IMG/VR virus record: IMGVR_UViG_3300025909_000005
Source: a virus
Lineage: Duplodnaviria > Caudoviricetes
Reading direction: 5' to 3' (one strand)
Length of the DNA: 64,000 nucleotides
The position numbers and the translations under genes were made by a program. The notes under the pieces are model-generated. The model was not told where the DNA came from, did no database searches, and saw nothing but the letters and a program-made list of their open reading frames with translations. Below, one piece after another: positions 1 to 8,657 of the stretch (the stretch's first letter is position 1; each line of letters opens with the position of its first letter).

Positions 1-2
1 AC

Positions 3-164
3 CAGCTTGGCATCGACTACATCATCAAGACCCTCAAGGAAAAGTCACGCGATGAGGAGCTTTCAGTCTTCATCATCTCGCATCACCCATCCGTCCAGGG
101 CCGCCTCGATCGCGATCTAAAGATCAGAAAAGAGAACGGATTTAGTTCTGTCGTTTTCGACTAA
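3..164 (+). CDS. C-terminal fragment of SbcC/Rad50-like recombination exonuclease subunit (T4 gp46-like), truncated by window start
   Basis: Frame from nt 3 reads QLGIDYIIKTLKEK...SVFIISHHPSVQGRLDRDLKIRKENGFS, typical of the ABC-ATPase H-loop (ISH) C-terminus of gp46/SbcC; stop TAA 162-164. Confidence 0.7.
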   Translation, partial: QLGIDYIIKTLKEKSRDEELSVFIISHHPSVQGRLDRDLKIRKENGFSSVVFD

Positions 165-167
165 ATA
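162..167 (+). promoter_or_regulatory. T4-like late promoter TAAATA; ATG 5 nt downstream
   Basis: CGACTAAATAGTCGCATG; the upstream gene's TAA is the first half of the motif. Confidence 0.7.
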
Positions 168-172
168 GTCGC

Positions 173-952
173 ATGAAAATTACTGAGCTTCTGGATTCTG
201 ATGTCGACCTGCGTGTCAAGATGGATACTGACCGGGTCTTCCGTGCCTACACTACTGTGAATGGCAGAAAGATCAACATCGACATTGAGAACAACCGGAA
301 GTACGGTTGGTCAGTCATGTTTGGTGAAGATGGCAACATCAGCAACGCCCCAACTGGAAACGGCGGCGCCCTTCAGGTCTACAGCGCAGTTGTCAAGGCC
401 ATTCAGCACGTCATTCAGAAGCATCACCCTGAGAAGATTACCTTCCATGGAATGAACGATACGGGCCAGGCCGCTGTCTACAAACGAATTGCGAGTCGAA
501 TCAAGGGCTACACCATCAAGTCGACTGAGATTACGGGTAGCACAAAGTTCGAGCTCGACAGAATTAGCGAGGGCCTTGGAGATCTGGCGAAGGCAACTGA
601 CGAGGCGCCGAAGGCTGAGCAAATGTTCAGCCACGTTGTCAGCATGATGAAGAAGTTTACGGCGAAAGGTGCCCATGTCGAAGTCGTAGACTTCAAACGT
701 CCCTTCATTGAGTTCTTCGTGATCACAGGCGAGGACTTCGATCACGCCAAAGACAAGGACAGGCGTAAGATGTTTCCAACGGTAGCTGAAGTAGAAGCTG
801 AGATGGGCCCGTTCTTTCGCAAGGTGATTCGACTGGCCGATAGCGGCAACTTTGACTACTCTGTCTACTACGCCGATCCGCGCCCATATGGGGAAGATGT
901 TGACGAACTCAAGGCGCTCTTCGCCCATAAATACCCAGACATCCTCATCTGA
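173..952 (+). CDS. Putative internal head protein, two modules
   Basis: MKITELLD N-terminal tag; domain shared with 28410..29540; internal ISE/GLGDLAK. Confidence 0.6.
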   Translation: MKITELLDSDVDLRVKMDTDRVFRAYTTVNGRKINIDIENNRKYGWSVMFGEDGNISNAPTGNGGALQVYSAVVKAIQHVIQKHHPEKITFHGMNDTGQAAVYKRIASRIKGYTIKSTEITGSTKFELDRISEGLGDLAKATDEAPKAEQMFSHVVSMMKKFTAKGAHVEVVDFKRPFIEFFVITGEDFDHAKDKDRRKMFPTVAEVEAEMGPFFRKVIRLADSGNFDYSVYYADPRPYGEDVDELKALFAHKYPDILI

Positions 953-958
953 GACATC

Positions 959-1438
959 ATGAAACTCTCTGAAATCAAGCTCTTTGAAGAGCCCATCGAA
1001 ACCAAGAACGCGGAAGACGTGTGGGCTGAGGGCGAGGGCGACGCTGCTTCGTACATCACTTCTACAGTCTACTACGTCAAGCCAGCTGCCAAGGCAGGCT
1101 ACTTTGATGTCACGTACGATGATGACAACGATCAACGCAAGACGTACGGCACCATGACCAAGCAGGACTTGGATTCTGCCTTCACGCCTCTGCGTGGCAA
1201 TCAAAAGGCCGACGCGGAGGGCTACCTCCAGTACCGGTCAGGCGACGTCTACGACGCGTTCAAATACCAAGGCGACCCAGTTCGCGTGAACCTCGGCGCT
1301 GCTGGCAAGGACAAGGACATCGTCGTGCTAATGAACAAGGGTGACTACCTGCTTCGCCAGACGTCAGGTGACAACTTCATCTACACCGTCGAGAAGGCCA
1401 ACTACTTCGACAACGGCTACGTAAAGAAGACATCATGA
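959..1438 (+). CDS. Hypothetical protein with MKLSEIKLFEE tag
   Basis: 159 aa ORF; TAAATA at 928-933 upstream; KGDYLLR motif loosely like PGDYG-family proteins. Confidence 0.55.
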   Translation: MKLSEIKLFEEPIETKNAEDVWAEGEGDAASYITSTVYYVKPAAKAGYFDVTYDDDNDQRKTYGTMTKQDLDSAFTPLRGNQKADAEGYLQYRSGDVYDAFKYQGDPVRVNLGAAGKDKDIVVLMNKGDYLLRQTSGDNFIYTVEKANYFDNGYVKKTS

Positions 1439-1764
1439 AAATCTCTGAACTCTTAGAAAGCCGCCGTGGTCGTCCGGATCCTGACAACGTCATGATGGCA
1501 AACATGTCGTCTGCACGACTAAAGTGGAAACAATCCGAGAAGCATGGTCCAAAATGGACTTTTATTGATCTTGCTGGTAGGTTTGGCGTCTCAGTGCAAA
1601 ACCTTAAGGCTCTGGTTAGGTCACATCCAGGATTTCCTGAAACAGCAATGAAAACAAGCGGCAACACCACCTCTAATCCCGCGCGCTATTATGATCTTCG
1701 AGATGCGGTGAAGTGGTGGAATTCAATCAAAGATCAAGTTGATCCAAAAATGCTTGAGGATTGA
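1435..1764 (+). CDS. Excisionase/AlpA-like helix-turn-helix protein with MKISELLES tag
   Basis: DLAGRFGVSVQNLKALVRSHPGFPE...ARYYDLRDAVKWW resembles a MerR/Xis-type winged HTH. Confidence 0.55.
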   Translation: MKISELLESRRGRPDPDNVMMANMSSARLKWKQSEKHGPKWTFIDLAGRFGVSVQNLKALVRSHPGFPETAMKTSGNTTSNPARYYDLRDAVKWWNSIKDQVDPKMLED

Positions 1765-1766
1765 AT

Positions 1767-1793
1767 TAAATAGAGGATCCACAGAAAGGATCC
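1767..1793 (+). promoter_or_regulatory. Late promoter TAAATA plus GGATCC/GGATCC hairpin over the SD
   Basis: TAAATA 1767-1772; GGATCC 1775-1780 pairs with 1788-1793; ATG 1796. Confidence 0.6.
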
Positions 1794-1795
1794 CC

Positions 1796-2359
1796 ATGTC
1801 AGAAGAAAAGACCGTCATCAAGTCCAAGCGCAAGATGCGCCCTGGTGGTGGCAAGGCCAAGGGCAATGGCTTCGAAGGCACGGTCGCCAAGAAGCTCTCG
1901 GCGGCCCTCCCAATCAACTTCATTCGTTCTCCAGGTTCTGGTGCCCGCATCGGTGGCAAGAACTTCGCAACCGTCGGCGCCCTCATGGGCGAAGAGGTCA
2001 TGAAGCTCTTCAACGCAGACGTCGTGCCAATCAACGAGAAGGAAGCGGGCTACACGTTCCGCTACTCCATCGAGTGCAAGTTCTACGCCACGCAGGATCA
2101 CTTCACGTCCCTCGTGGCCCACACAGCAAACGTCTTCAAGTGGTTTGAGGAGTCTGTTGTTGATGCCCAGAAGATTGGTCGAAAGCCGATCCTGATCTTC
2201 AAGTGGAACCATACTCCCATCTTTGTTGCCACCCTCTCAGAGGAAGCGCGCTGGAAGATACCACGGATGGTGATCGGCGAACCATGTGGTCGTATACTTG
2301 ACATCTACGAGCTCGACGACCTTCTCAATGTCCCAGACTTCTGGGTCACCAAAACGTAA
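1796..2359 (+). CDS. Phage Holliday junction resolvase-like PD-(D/E)XK nuclease
   Basis: KAKGNGFE, RSPGSGA, ADVVP, SIECKFY, KPILIFK motifs. Confidence 0.75.
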   Translation: MSEEKTVIKSKRKMRPGGGKAKGNGFEGTVAKKLSAALPINFIRSPGSGARIGGKNFATVGALMGEEVMKLFNADVVPINEKEAGYTFRYSIECKFYATQDHFTSLVAHTANVFKWFEESVVDAQKIGRKPILIFKWNHTPIFVATLSEEARWKIPRMVIGEPCGRILDIYELDDLLNVPDFWVTKT

Positions 2360-2365
2360 CCTCCC

Positions 2366-2959
2366 ATGACAGATAGCACTCTGCCACGCTGGAGCGTGCG
2401 GCTCGATGCCACGCGCCCCACGACTGGCTTCTCCGACCTTCTTCCGATCGTCAACTCCCACTTCCGCGCCCATGAGGCCGTCGACAAGTTCCTAGGCCCG
2501 TACAACGCGAAGCAGCGCAACTCGCGCTACCCGTATCAACCACCTGATCGTGAGACCCTCCGCCAGCTCGTGAAGCAGGGCGGCATGAACGACTTCTCGT
2601 ATTCAGCGATGCTAAATAGCATCATCCGGTTCTGTGAGCAGCACAAGGGCCTCCGTGCTCCTCCTGCTCCGCACCCATCGACCATCCACTCGATTCAACT
2701 TCCACTCCCAGCCTTTGAGCTGAAGACAAAGAAGCCTGGAGAGACCGAGGTTCACATCATGGGTGCAGACGAACCGCTGATCGTCAAGGGGCTACGGGAC
2801 CCAGACACGGTCAAGTTCATCATCGTCAGACCGAAGTTGAGCCAGCTTGGCACGGCATCGGCAAAGAACTGGGAAATCCTGTTCTACCGCACGCCGCTCG
2901 GCTACATTCCAGACTGGGCGGATTCACATCTCAATCCCCGTTACAGTGGAGTTTTCTGA
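2366..2959 (+). CDS. Hypothetical protein
   Basis: 197 aa ORF directly after the resolvase, genome-typical codon usage. Confidence 0.6.
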   Translation: MTDSTLPRWSVRLDATRPTTGFSDLLPIVNSHFRAHEAVDKFLGPYNAKQRNSRYPYQPPDRETLRQLVKQGGMNDFSYSAMLNSIIRFCEQHKGLRAPPAPHPSTIHSIQLPLPAFELKTKKPGETEVHIMGADEPLIVKGLRDPDTVKFIIVRPKLSQLGTASAKNWEILFYRTPLGYIPDWADSHLNPRYSGVF

Positions 2960-3174
2960 TGCTAGTTGAATACACCCCAATCTCTTCCCTCAATGCAGGC
3001 GAACTTGCAGCTCTCAAGGCTGCCGTGAAGCACCAGGTCCTCGAAGGCCGTGGTACCCACTTCGTCTTCCAAGGCAAGACCTTCTCGATGAATGAACTCC
3101 GCGCAGCACAATCGCGCTGGTTGGCTGAAGATCGGGGCCCTGGCAAGCAGCTTCTGAATGAGTCGACTCTGTAA
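2959..3174 (+). CDS. Hypothetical protein
   Basis: 71 aa; start overlaps the upstream stop; its TAA forms part of the next late promoter. Confidence 0.55.
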   Translation: MLVEYTPISSLNAGELAALKAAVKHQVLEGRGTHFVFQGKTFSMNELRAAQSRWLAEDRGPGKQLLNESTL

Positions 3175-3197
3175 ATATCGGATCTAACAATCCGATA
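3172..3197 (+). promoter_or_regulatory. Late promoter TAAATA plus 8-bp hairpin
   Basis: TAAATA 3172-3177; TATCGGAT 3176-3183 pairs with ATCCGATA 3190-3197; AGGA SD, ATG 3207. Confidence 0.65.
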
Positions 3198-3206
3198 GGA
3201 CCCCAC

Positions 3207-3818
3207 ATGTCACAGACCTTCAAGGAGTTTCTGGCTGAAGCCCGAGACCCGAAGCGTACCTACACCGAGAAATCCGTCAAGGGTGTCGTTGAGCGCGTTA
3301 CCGCTCAGCTCAAGGGGTCCGACTCTGGCAATTGGACGAAGCTTGCACGTCGTTACGCCCGCCTTGAGGCCAGCCTCGTTGCGCTGAAGGAACAGCGCGA
3401 CCGCCTGAACCTGACGCTCAAGGACCAAGTTGCTGACGTCTTCGATCCTGCTGACGTCGTCCTGACCCGTGTGGTTGAGACGGCTCAGTTCACGATCACG
3501 CTGAACAAGCAGACCAAGAAGCCAGACACGACTGAGACTCGCATCGACTTCGAGAAGATTGCTGGTGCCCTTGCTGAGTTGATCAGCGATGACCTGCAGC
3601 CGAAGGTCGATGAGATCGTCAAGCAGTACACGACCGTTGAGGTTGTCCCAGGCAAGACAAATGCAGCTTCGCTGAAGGTCTCCAAGGAAGAGCTCAAGGA
3701 GGCCATGTCCTTTGGTCAGGTCACGGCTTGGGTCAAGCGCATGGTCAAATCGATCACTGACTGGGCTTCGCGCTACGATCGTAAGCTTGATGGACTTCGT
3801 GCACGGGCCGGCAAGTGA
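3207..3818 (+). CDS. Putative internal head protein (coiled coil), MSQTFKEFLAE tag
   Basis: CTS-like N-terminus; late promoter. Confidence 0.6.
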   Translation: MSQTFKEFLAEARDPKRTYTEKSVKGVVERVTAQLKGSDSGNWTKLARRYARLEASLVALKEQRDRLNLTLKDQVADVFDPADVVLTRVVETAQFTITLNKQTKKPDTTETRIDFEKIAGALAELISDDLQPKVDEIVKQYTTVEVVPGKTNAASLKVSKEELKEAMSFGQVTAWVKRMVKSITDWASRYDRKLDGLRARAGK

Positions 3819-4210
3819 TCACCTTCAAGCAGTTTCTCGAGGCTGACCTCTCAAAGCTGGCCAAGGACGTCGACAGTGAGAAGGGAAACCTCAAGCTCAC
3901 GTACGATGAGTTTCGCCAGTTTCAAGACGTCATCCCCTTCGTAGAGAAACCGGACAGCTGGGATCACATCGACGAGCATACGGTTCCAAGGTCGACGATC
4001 GAGAAGATTGAGAAGTCACTGGGCTTCAAGCTTGAGACCTTCACCGTGAAGGAGCTGTTCGGTAAGTCAAGCTTGCCAAATGGTCCGCTGGCTGATGCGC
4101 ATTGGCCTGAGAATACCTACATGGGCATCCTCGAAACAGACCGTGGCTCCTACATCTTCAACACTACAGGCGCTCGCTCGTACGTTCGTTTCTGGGCAAA
4201 GATCAAATGA
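3815..4210 (+). CDS. Putative internal head protein, MITFKQFLE tag
   Basis: GTG start overlapping the upstream TGA; CTS-like N-terminus. Confidence 0.6.
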   Translation: MITFKQFLEADLSKLAKDVDSEKGNLKLTYDEFRQFQDVIPFVEKPDSWDHIDEHTVPRSTIEKIEKSLGFKLETFTVKELFGKSSLPNGPLADAHWPENTYMGILETDRGSYIFNTTGARSYVRFWAKIK

Positions 4211-4608
4211 AGCTCGGCCAACTCCACGAAGCGAGTGCGCTGTCACGAATCAAGGACAGTGTGCCTCATGATACGGTAGTTGCGCATCAGACATTCTGGG
4301 CAACGGCGCGCGCCGACTACATGAACCTGCTTGTCAAGATGATTGAGAGTGCCGGCTTTACAGATGCAGAGTCTGACTTCAAAGACGATGCAGCAACCTT
4401 CAGCGGTGATACCATCGAAGCCAAGCTGCATGGTACGTATCCCGTTTATTTCCATCTCTCAGAGTCAGGTGCAAGTTTTGTTGAGGTAGAAGCAGTCCTG
4501 TTTGGTGGTGAACACGTGTTCAGACAGAGGAATGTCAAGGACCTGAAGAAGTGCTTCGCTGAAATCGAGAGCTATGCTCGAGTGAATGGACCCGACGAGG
4601 ACGACTGA
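4207..4608 (+). CDS. Hypothetical protein, MKLGQLHEAS tag
   Basis: ATGA overlap; tag similar to 14559 and 44469. Confidence 0.55.
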   Translation: MKLGQLHEASALSRIKDSVPHDTVVAHQTFWATARADYMNLLVKMIESAGFTDAESDFKDDAATFSGDTIEAKLHGTYPVYFHLSESGASFVEVEAVLFGGEHVFRQRNVKDLKKCFAEIESYARVNGPDEDD

Positions 4609-5294
4609 TGATCCTAAGTGAAGTTGTCGACATTCACGATGTCAACTCCTCTGCTGAAAAGTGGGGCGACCTCATCGTCAAGAACTGCAAGCCGTTCCTT
4701 GCACTGGCTGGTGGCAAGCCGCTCTACCGTGGCATCCACCGCAGCAACATTGGTGGCCTGGCAACAATCACACCTCGCACTGATCGCAAGCCAATGGACA
4801 CAAAGCCCGAGGTTCAAAAGGGACTTGACAGGTACTTCGAGAAGAAGTATGGCGTCAAGCCCCGCACAGAAGGTCTGTTCACGACAGGTGACAGTCACAA
4901 CGCTGCCTCCTTCGGCCAGGTCTGCTACCTCTTCCCGCTTGGGGAGTTCAAGTACTTCTGGTTCTACGACAAGCGGTTCAAGGAAGTTCTTCGTGACACG
5001 GTCCGACTGACGCGCCACATTCGCCTTCGTGGTGATGCGCGCATCTACGACCGCGAGGACAGTGAGGAAGAACAGGAAGACCTGGCCGACTTCATTAGCC
5101 ACACGTTCAGCAAGGACGGCCCGTTTGAGATTCGTACAGACAACTTCAAGCAGGCACTGCAGTCTGGCGCGGAAATCATCGTTGTCTGCCGGCGCGCCTA
5201 TGCCGTTCCTCGCTACATTGGTGGCGACAATGGACAGGGCTTCTTTGAAGTTCACTACGACACGCTGATCCACCCTGAGGATTACCAAGAGTAA
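4608..5294 (+). CDS. Member of a five-gene paralog family, ADP-ribosyltransferase-like
   Basis: CKPFL..LYRG, TEGLFTTG, ASFGQVCYLFP, SGAEIIVVC shared with 37069, 37737, 48814, 52310. Confidence 0.5.
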   Translation: MILSEVVDIHDVNSSAEKWGDLIVKNCKPFLALAGGKPLYRGIHRSNIGGLATITPRTDRKPMDTKPEVQKGLDRYFEKKYGVKPRTEGLFTTGDSHNAASFGQVCYLFPLGEFKYFWFYDKRFKEVLRDTVRLTRHIRLRGDARIYDREDSEEEQEDLADFISHTFSKDGPFEIRTDNFKQALQSGAEIIVVCRRAYAVPRYIGGDNGQGFFEVHYDTLIHPEDYQE

Positions 5295-5301
5295 ATCGGT
5301 G

Positions 5302-5310
5302 TGTTACAAT
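5302..5310 (+). promoter_or_regulatory. Extended -10 sigma70-type promoter (TGtTACAAT)
   Basis: TG 5302-5303, TACAAT 5305-5310; AGGAG at 5322. Confidence 0.5.
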
Positions 5311-5331
5311 AGCTCTTTAGCAGGAGCGTAT

Positions 5332-5622
5332 GTGAACGGAAAACAAGCAAAGCGACTTCGTCGTGCGGCCCTCGGTCTGGCTGCAACCCTCGACCAGAAC
5401 GGCAAGAAGATCCACAAGGACGGTCACGTCGTGCAAGAGCACCGCGTGTACAGCCCTTCCTCAATCTCGGCGCAGTTCAGCTCTGACCCGGCGGCTCAAC
5501 GAGATGTAGAGCCACCAACCATCTCCTACACCGTTCACAATCGTCCTGACTCCCTTCGCGCGCTCTATCGCACGATCAAGAAGGGTGTCGTCACCGGCAA
5601 GATCAAGAACCCGCCGAAGTGA
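5332..5622 (+). CDS. Hypothetical basic protein
   Basis: GTG start after AGGAG; MNGKQAKRLRRAA. Confidence 0.55.
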   Translation: MNGKQAKRLRRAALGLAATLDQNGKKIHKDGHVVQEHRVYSPSSISAQFSSDPAAQRDVEPPTISYTVHNRPDSLRALYRTIKKGVVTGKIKNPPK

Positions 5623-6857
5623 TTTACAAGGTCTCCTCGACCAAGCAGCTGCACTTCTCTGATCCGCTCCATGTGGGGCGGTTCTACCCACATGCGCAGC
5701 GTGTGCACCAAGGGAAGATGCAGGAACGCCAAGACCTGATCCTCTACCTCGCGAGCATTCACGAGGCGGCGATCAAGTCTGGCATGCCTCGTGGTTTCTG
5801 TCGGATTCCGATGCGGCTCACGAGTCTGAAGGAATGGGTGCACGACTACAAGGGTGCGTTCAATCACTTCTTCACGATCGTCGAGTCAGGCTACCACATC
5901 GGCGATGATTGGCAGTACAGCGTCATCATCCCGAACGAGCTGCCACGGGATCCTGACTTCGAGCACACCGAGCGGAAACTCGTGTACGTTCCACCTCCAG
6001 TCCCCGCTCAGGGTGTCGTGTCGAAGGTGTTCGTGCAGGTGCAGAAGAAGGAGCCCATCCTCAAGAAGCTGGCCACGAACAACCGCCTGGACCTCTACGC
6101 TCCAGTCGAGTGGCTCCTGTCCCAGCCAACCAACGAGTTCAACTTCTACTTCATCCCATCTGGGAAGCTGCAGATGCGGGATACCTCGATCTGGCCAATC
6201 GCGGCCATCGAGACCTGGCCCTCGTGGCTGCGTGAGGATCTCTTTGGCCCTGGCATTGACATCGAGGCCGCGTACACCCAGTTCCTGATCGAGGGAGTTC
6301 GCAAGGCATACGAGAAGGAACCGGACATGGTTCGGATTCTCTACCCAGACCTGCTGCGTTCACTCGAGGACAAGACGCAGTGGCGCCGAGAGATCTGTGA
6401 AGATGTGCTCGGCATGGAGTGGAATGACCACAGCGTGGGCGTGGTGAAGAAGATCTGCATGAGCCTGGCCAACGGTTCAAAGATCTCACCTGGGATCCTG
6501 CTCTCGGAGATGGGTCACTCAATGACTCGCAACATTATCCTCGAAGAGTCGGCAGACGTGACTGCAAGCAAACTGATCCACATCGGTCAACGGCTCCTCA
6601 CCATTTCACGACAGTACTCCGCAGCAAAGAAGGTGGTGTGCAGGTGGGAGCTCGGCTTGGCACCAACCAGGGCCAACCAGAAGAAGGTCTTCGCTGGCTA
6701 CTTCGAGTGGGAACGTGAGGCGCGCTACAAGATCTGGGAAAGTGTTGGGAGACACGGGATCATGGTGCACGATGGGATCGACGGCATTCCTGAAGAGGAG
6801 CTCAGCCGAATCCCTGAGATCATTTCGAGCTTGAACTTGAAGCTGACCCGCTCTTAG
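5619..6857 (+). CDS. Family-A polymerase-like protein (palm/fingers only)
   Basis: SGKLQMR..., IDIEAAYTQFL (motif A-like), KKICMSLANG (motif B-like), MVHDGID (motif C-like). Confidence 0.45.
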   Translation: MIYKVSSTKQLHFSDPLHVGRFYPHAQRVHQGKMQERQDLILYLASIHEAAIKSGMPRGFCRIPMRLTSLKEWVHDYKGAFNHFFTIVESGYHIGDDWQYSVIIPNELPRDPDFEHTERKLVYVPPPVPAQGVVSKVFVQVQKKEPILKKLATNNRLDLYAPVEWLLSQPTNEFNFYFIPSGKLQMRDTSIWPIAAIETWPSWLREDLFGPGIDIEAAYTQFLIEGVRKAYEKEPDMVRILYPDLLRSLEDKTQWRREICEDVLGMEWNDHSVGVVKKICMSLANGSKISPGILLSEMGHSMTRNIILEESADVTASKLIHIGQRLLTISRQYSAAKKVVCRWELGLAPTRANQKKVFAGYFEWEREARYKIWESVGRHGIMVHDGIDGIPEEELSRIPEIISSLNLKLTRS

Positions 6858-7215
6858 ACGGGAAGATCATCACGAAGCGGTACCGGTCGGAGTGCGTGAA
6901 CTTCTGACCGGTTACCTTCACGTCTGAGTTCTGCTTCTTGATGAGATCGAGGTACTGCTTCATGCGCACGTCGGCGATCGGCGGGCTCTTTGGCGTGATT
7001 AGAGTTACCACAGCCTCGTAGTGAAACTTGTCAGGGCTACGAGGATCCTCAACCTTGACCCTCACATAGGACTGGAATGACAAACCCTTAATCTGCCTTG
7101 CGAGCATGCGAAGGGTGTACTCGGCCTTGTGCGGGTCTGACAGTGACGTGGTGACGTCATCGTAGTGGCCCTTAAGCTTGTCAAGGGCTTCGAGGAATTG
7201 GCGGAAGGTTTGCAT
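6820..7215 (-). CDS. Putative internal head protein, MQTFRQFLE tag
   Basis: CTS-like N-terminus; TAAATA on minus strand (7222-7227) 6 nt before ATG. Confidence 0.6.
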   Translation of the reverse strand: MQTFRQFLEALDKLKGHYDDVTTSLSDPHKAEYTLRMLARQIKGLSFQSYVRVKVEDPRSPDKFHYEAVVTLITPKSPPIADVRMKQYLDLIKKQNSDVKVTGQKFTHSDRYRFVMIFPSKSGSASSSSSK

Positions 7216-7219
7216 TGGT

Positions 7220-7243
7220 GCTATTTAGCCACTAATGCTATTA
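7220..7243. repeat. 24-bp dispersed repeat, copy 1 (contains a minus-strand late promoter)
   Basis: GCTATTTAGCCACTAATGCTATTA, 23/24 identical to 32363-32386. Confidence 0.85.
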
Positions 7244-7252
7244 CCCGTGCGC

Positions 7253-7576
7253 TCACCACTGCTGCGGGTCTTCAATCTCAACCCAGTGCTTCGCGTCTTT
7301 TTTGTAGATGAAGTGAGTTGAACTAGTTCGATCAACCTCAGTTCCGTCGGGTTTGTATGTCTCGTCGTTTCCGAAGCCCTTACGCTGCCCGATCCAGCCC
7401 TCGAGATGATAGAGGGAGTTCCATTGGTCGTACCACGCATGGATCGTGAATTGAGAAGGCTCGTACTTGCCGACCGCCAAGCACCATTCAGCCATGCGTT
7501 TGCGGAACTTCGCAGCCATCCCGGCTGGAAGCTTGGTCGGTGGCTCTACAGTCTTGGCAAGGTCTTTGAGTTTCAT
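7253..7576 (-). CDS. Hypothetical late protein, MKLKDLAK start
   Basis: Minus-strand TAAATA at 7582-7587, 5 nt before ATG. Confidence 0.6.
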   Translation of the reverse strand: MKLKDLAKTVEPPTKLPAGMAAKFRKRMAEWCLAVGKYEPSQFTIHAWYDQWNSLYHLEGWIGQRKGFGNDETYKPDGTEVDRTSSTHFIYKKDAKHWVEIEDPQQW

Positions 7577-7590
7577 GCCGGTATTTAGGA

Positions 7591-7815
7591 TCAGTAGACC
7601 GGGAACGTTGCCTTTGACGCCGCCTCAAGGCGTTTGTTGACGAAGGCAACAGCCAGGTCTCTCTCCAGCGGCGTCATCTCAAGAACGGTCTCATACGGCC
7701 AGGCACCGCGAGAGAAGTAGGAGACCTCCAGCGCGGTCTGGAGCAGGTTGCGTGTGTCGATACCCAGAGTCGTGATCATTTCGGCGATCCTGCTCTCATC
7801 GCCGGACATGATCAT
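7591..7815 (-). CDS. Baseplate hub assembly protein (T4 gp51-like)
   Basis: EVSYFSRGAWPYETVLEMTPLERDLAVAFVNKRLE; ATG 7815 overlaps the stop of the gp26-like gene. Confidence 0.6.
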   Translation of the reverse strand: MIMSGDESRIAEMITTLGIDTRNLLQTALEVSYFSRGAWPYETVLEMTPLERDLAVAFVNKRLEAASKATFPVY

Positions 7816-8657
7816 TCTGTGAAAAAAGAGATCGGGTTGACCGGGAGGTCGACCTTCATGTCCTTCTTGCAGTCCTTGCAACAGAGCGTGACAGTCTGTG
7901 ATGGACCCCAGGTGTTTGTCTTCTCGATGGTCTCTGTGATCCGGTTCTGCCAAGGAGTCGTGATGCCGGAAACCCACTCACGAATCTGCTTCTTGTCTTC
8001 GATCCCGTCCACTGACTTGATCAGTGAGGTCAGGGTTACGACGACGTTCTCCTTGATGTCTTCAGTCTCAAACTTCTTCTTGCCTGCGTTCAGGTGGAAG
8101 AGCTTGATCATGTGAGCGAACTTCACAGGTTCGACCTTTACAACCTGTCCGTTGGGAAGCGTGCAGGTGTACTCCTCTTCGATCGTGGTTGGGTCCAGCA
8201 TCGGCATGTTCATGACGAGCTGCTCGATGTTCACGGAGTAGCCGTGCTCGGTGTGCTTGACCTTCTCAGAGCCATCTGGGAGGGTGAGCGTCTTCTTGGA
8301 CTCCTCGCAGTCGTGCGTGACTTGAATGTCGAAGTTCGGTCCATACGTCACCAACCTGAGGAAGTACATGATCGCGTCGATGTCGCGGCCGTAGAGCTCC
8401 GTTGCCTTCTTGATCTGCGGGATGCACTCAGCGAAGACACGCTCGATCGCCTTGCCGTTGAACAGGGTGTCTGGGTTCTTCAGGTCAATCTCAGCGAGAG
8501 CTGAGAGGGCGTGAACGTGGATCTCACCCTCCGACGCGTCGATCTCACCGTTCTTGTACAGAGCACCACGGGATGGGAGCTGAAACGTCTTGCCAGGAAG
8601 CTTGATCTTGGCAAGAAGCGGGTTTGTTGTGTCCATCTGGGGTTTCTCCAATGTCAT
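7812..8657 (-). CDS. gp26: Baseplate hub subunit (T4 gp26-like)
   Basis: KLPGKTFQLPSRG.LY, DIDAIMYFLRLVTYGP, C-terminal CKDC; start uncertain (8657 or 8636). Confidence 0.75.
   Translation of the reverse strand: MTLEKPQMDTTNPLLAKIKLPGKTFQLPSRGALYKNGEIDASEGEIHVHALSALAEIDLKNPDTLFNGKAIERVFAECIPQIKKATELYGRDIDAIMYFLRLVTYGPNFDIQVTHDCEESKKTLTLPDGSEKVKHTEHGYSVNIEQLVMNMPMLDPTTIEEEYTCTLPNGQVVKVEPVKFAHMIKLFHLNAGKKKFETEDIKENVVVTLTSLIKSVDGIEDKKQIREWVSGITTPWQNRITETIEKTNTWGPSQTVTLCCKDCKKDMKVDLPVNPISFFTE

Noticed and set aside
2608-2623. TAAATA inside a perfect palindrome (GATGCTA-AA-TAGCATC)
   Set aside because: Mid-CDS with no suitably placed start codon; cannot be told from chance.
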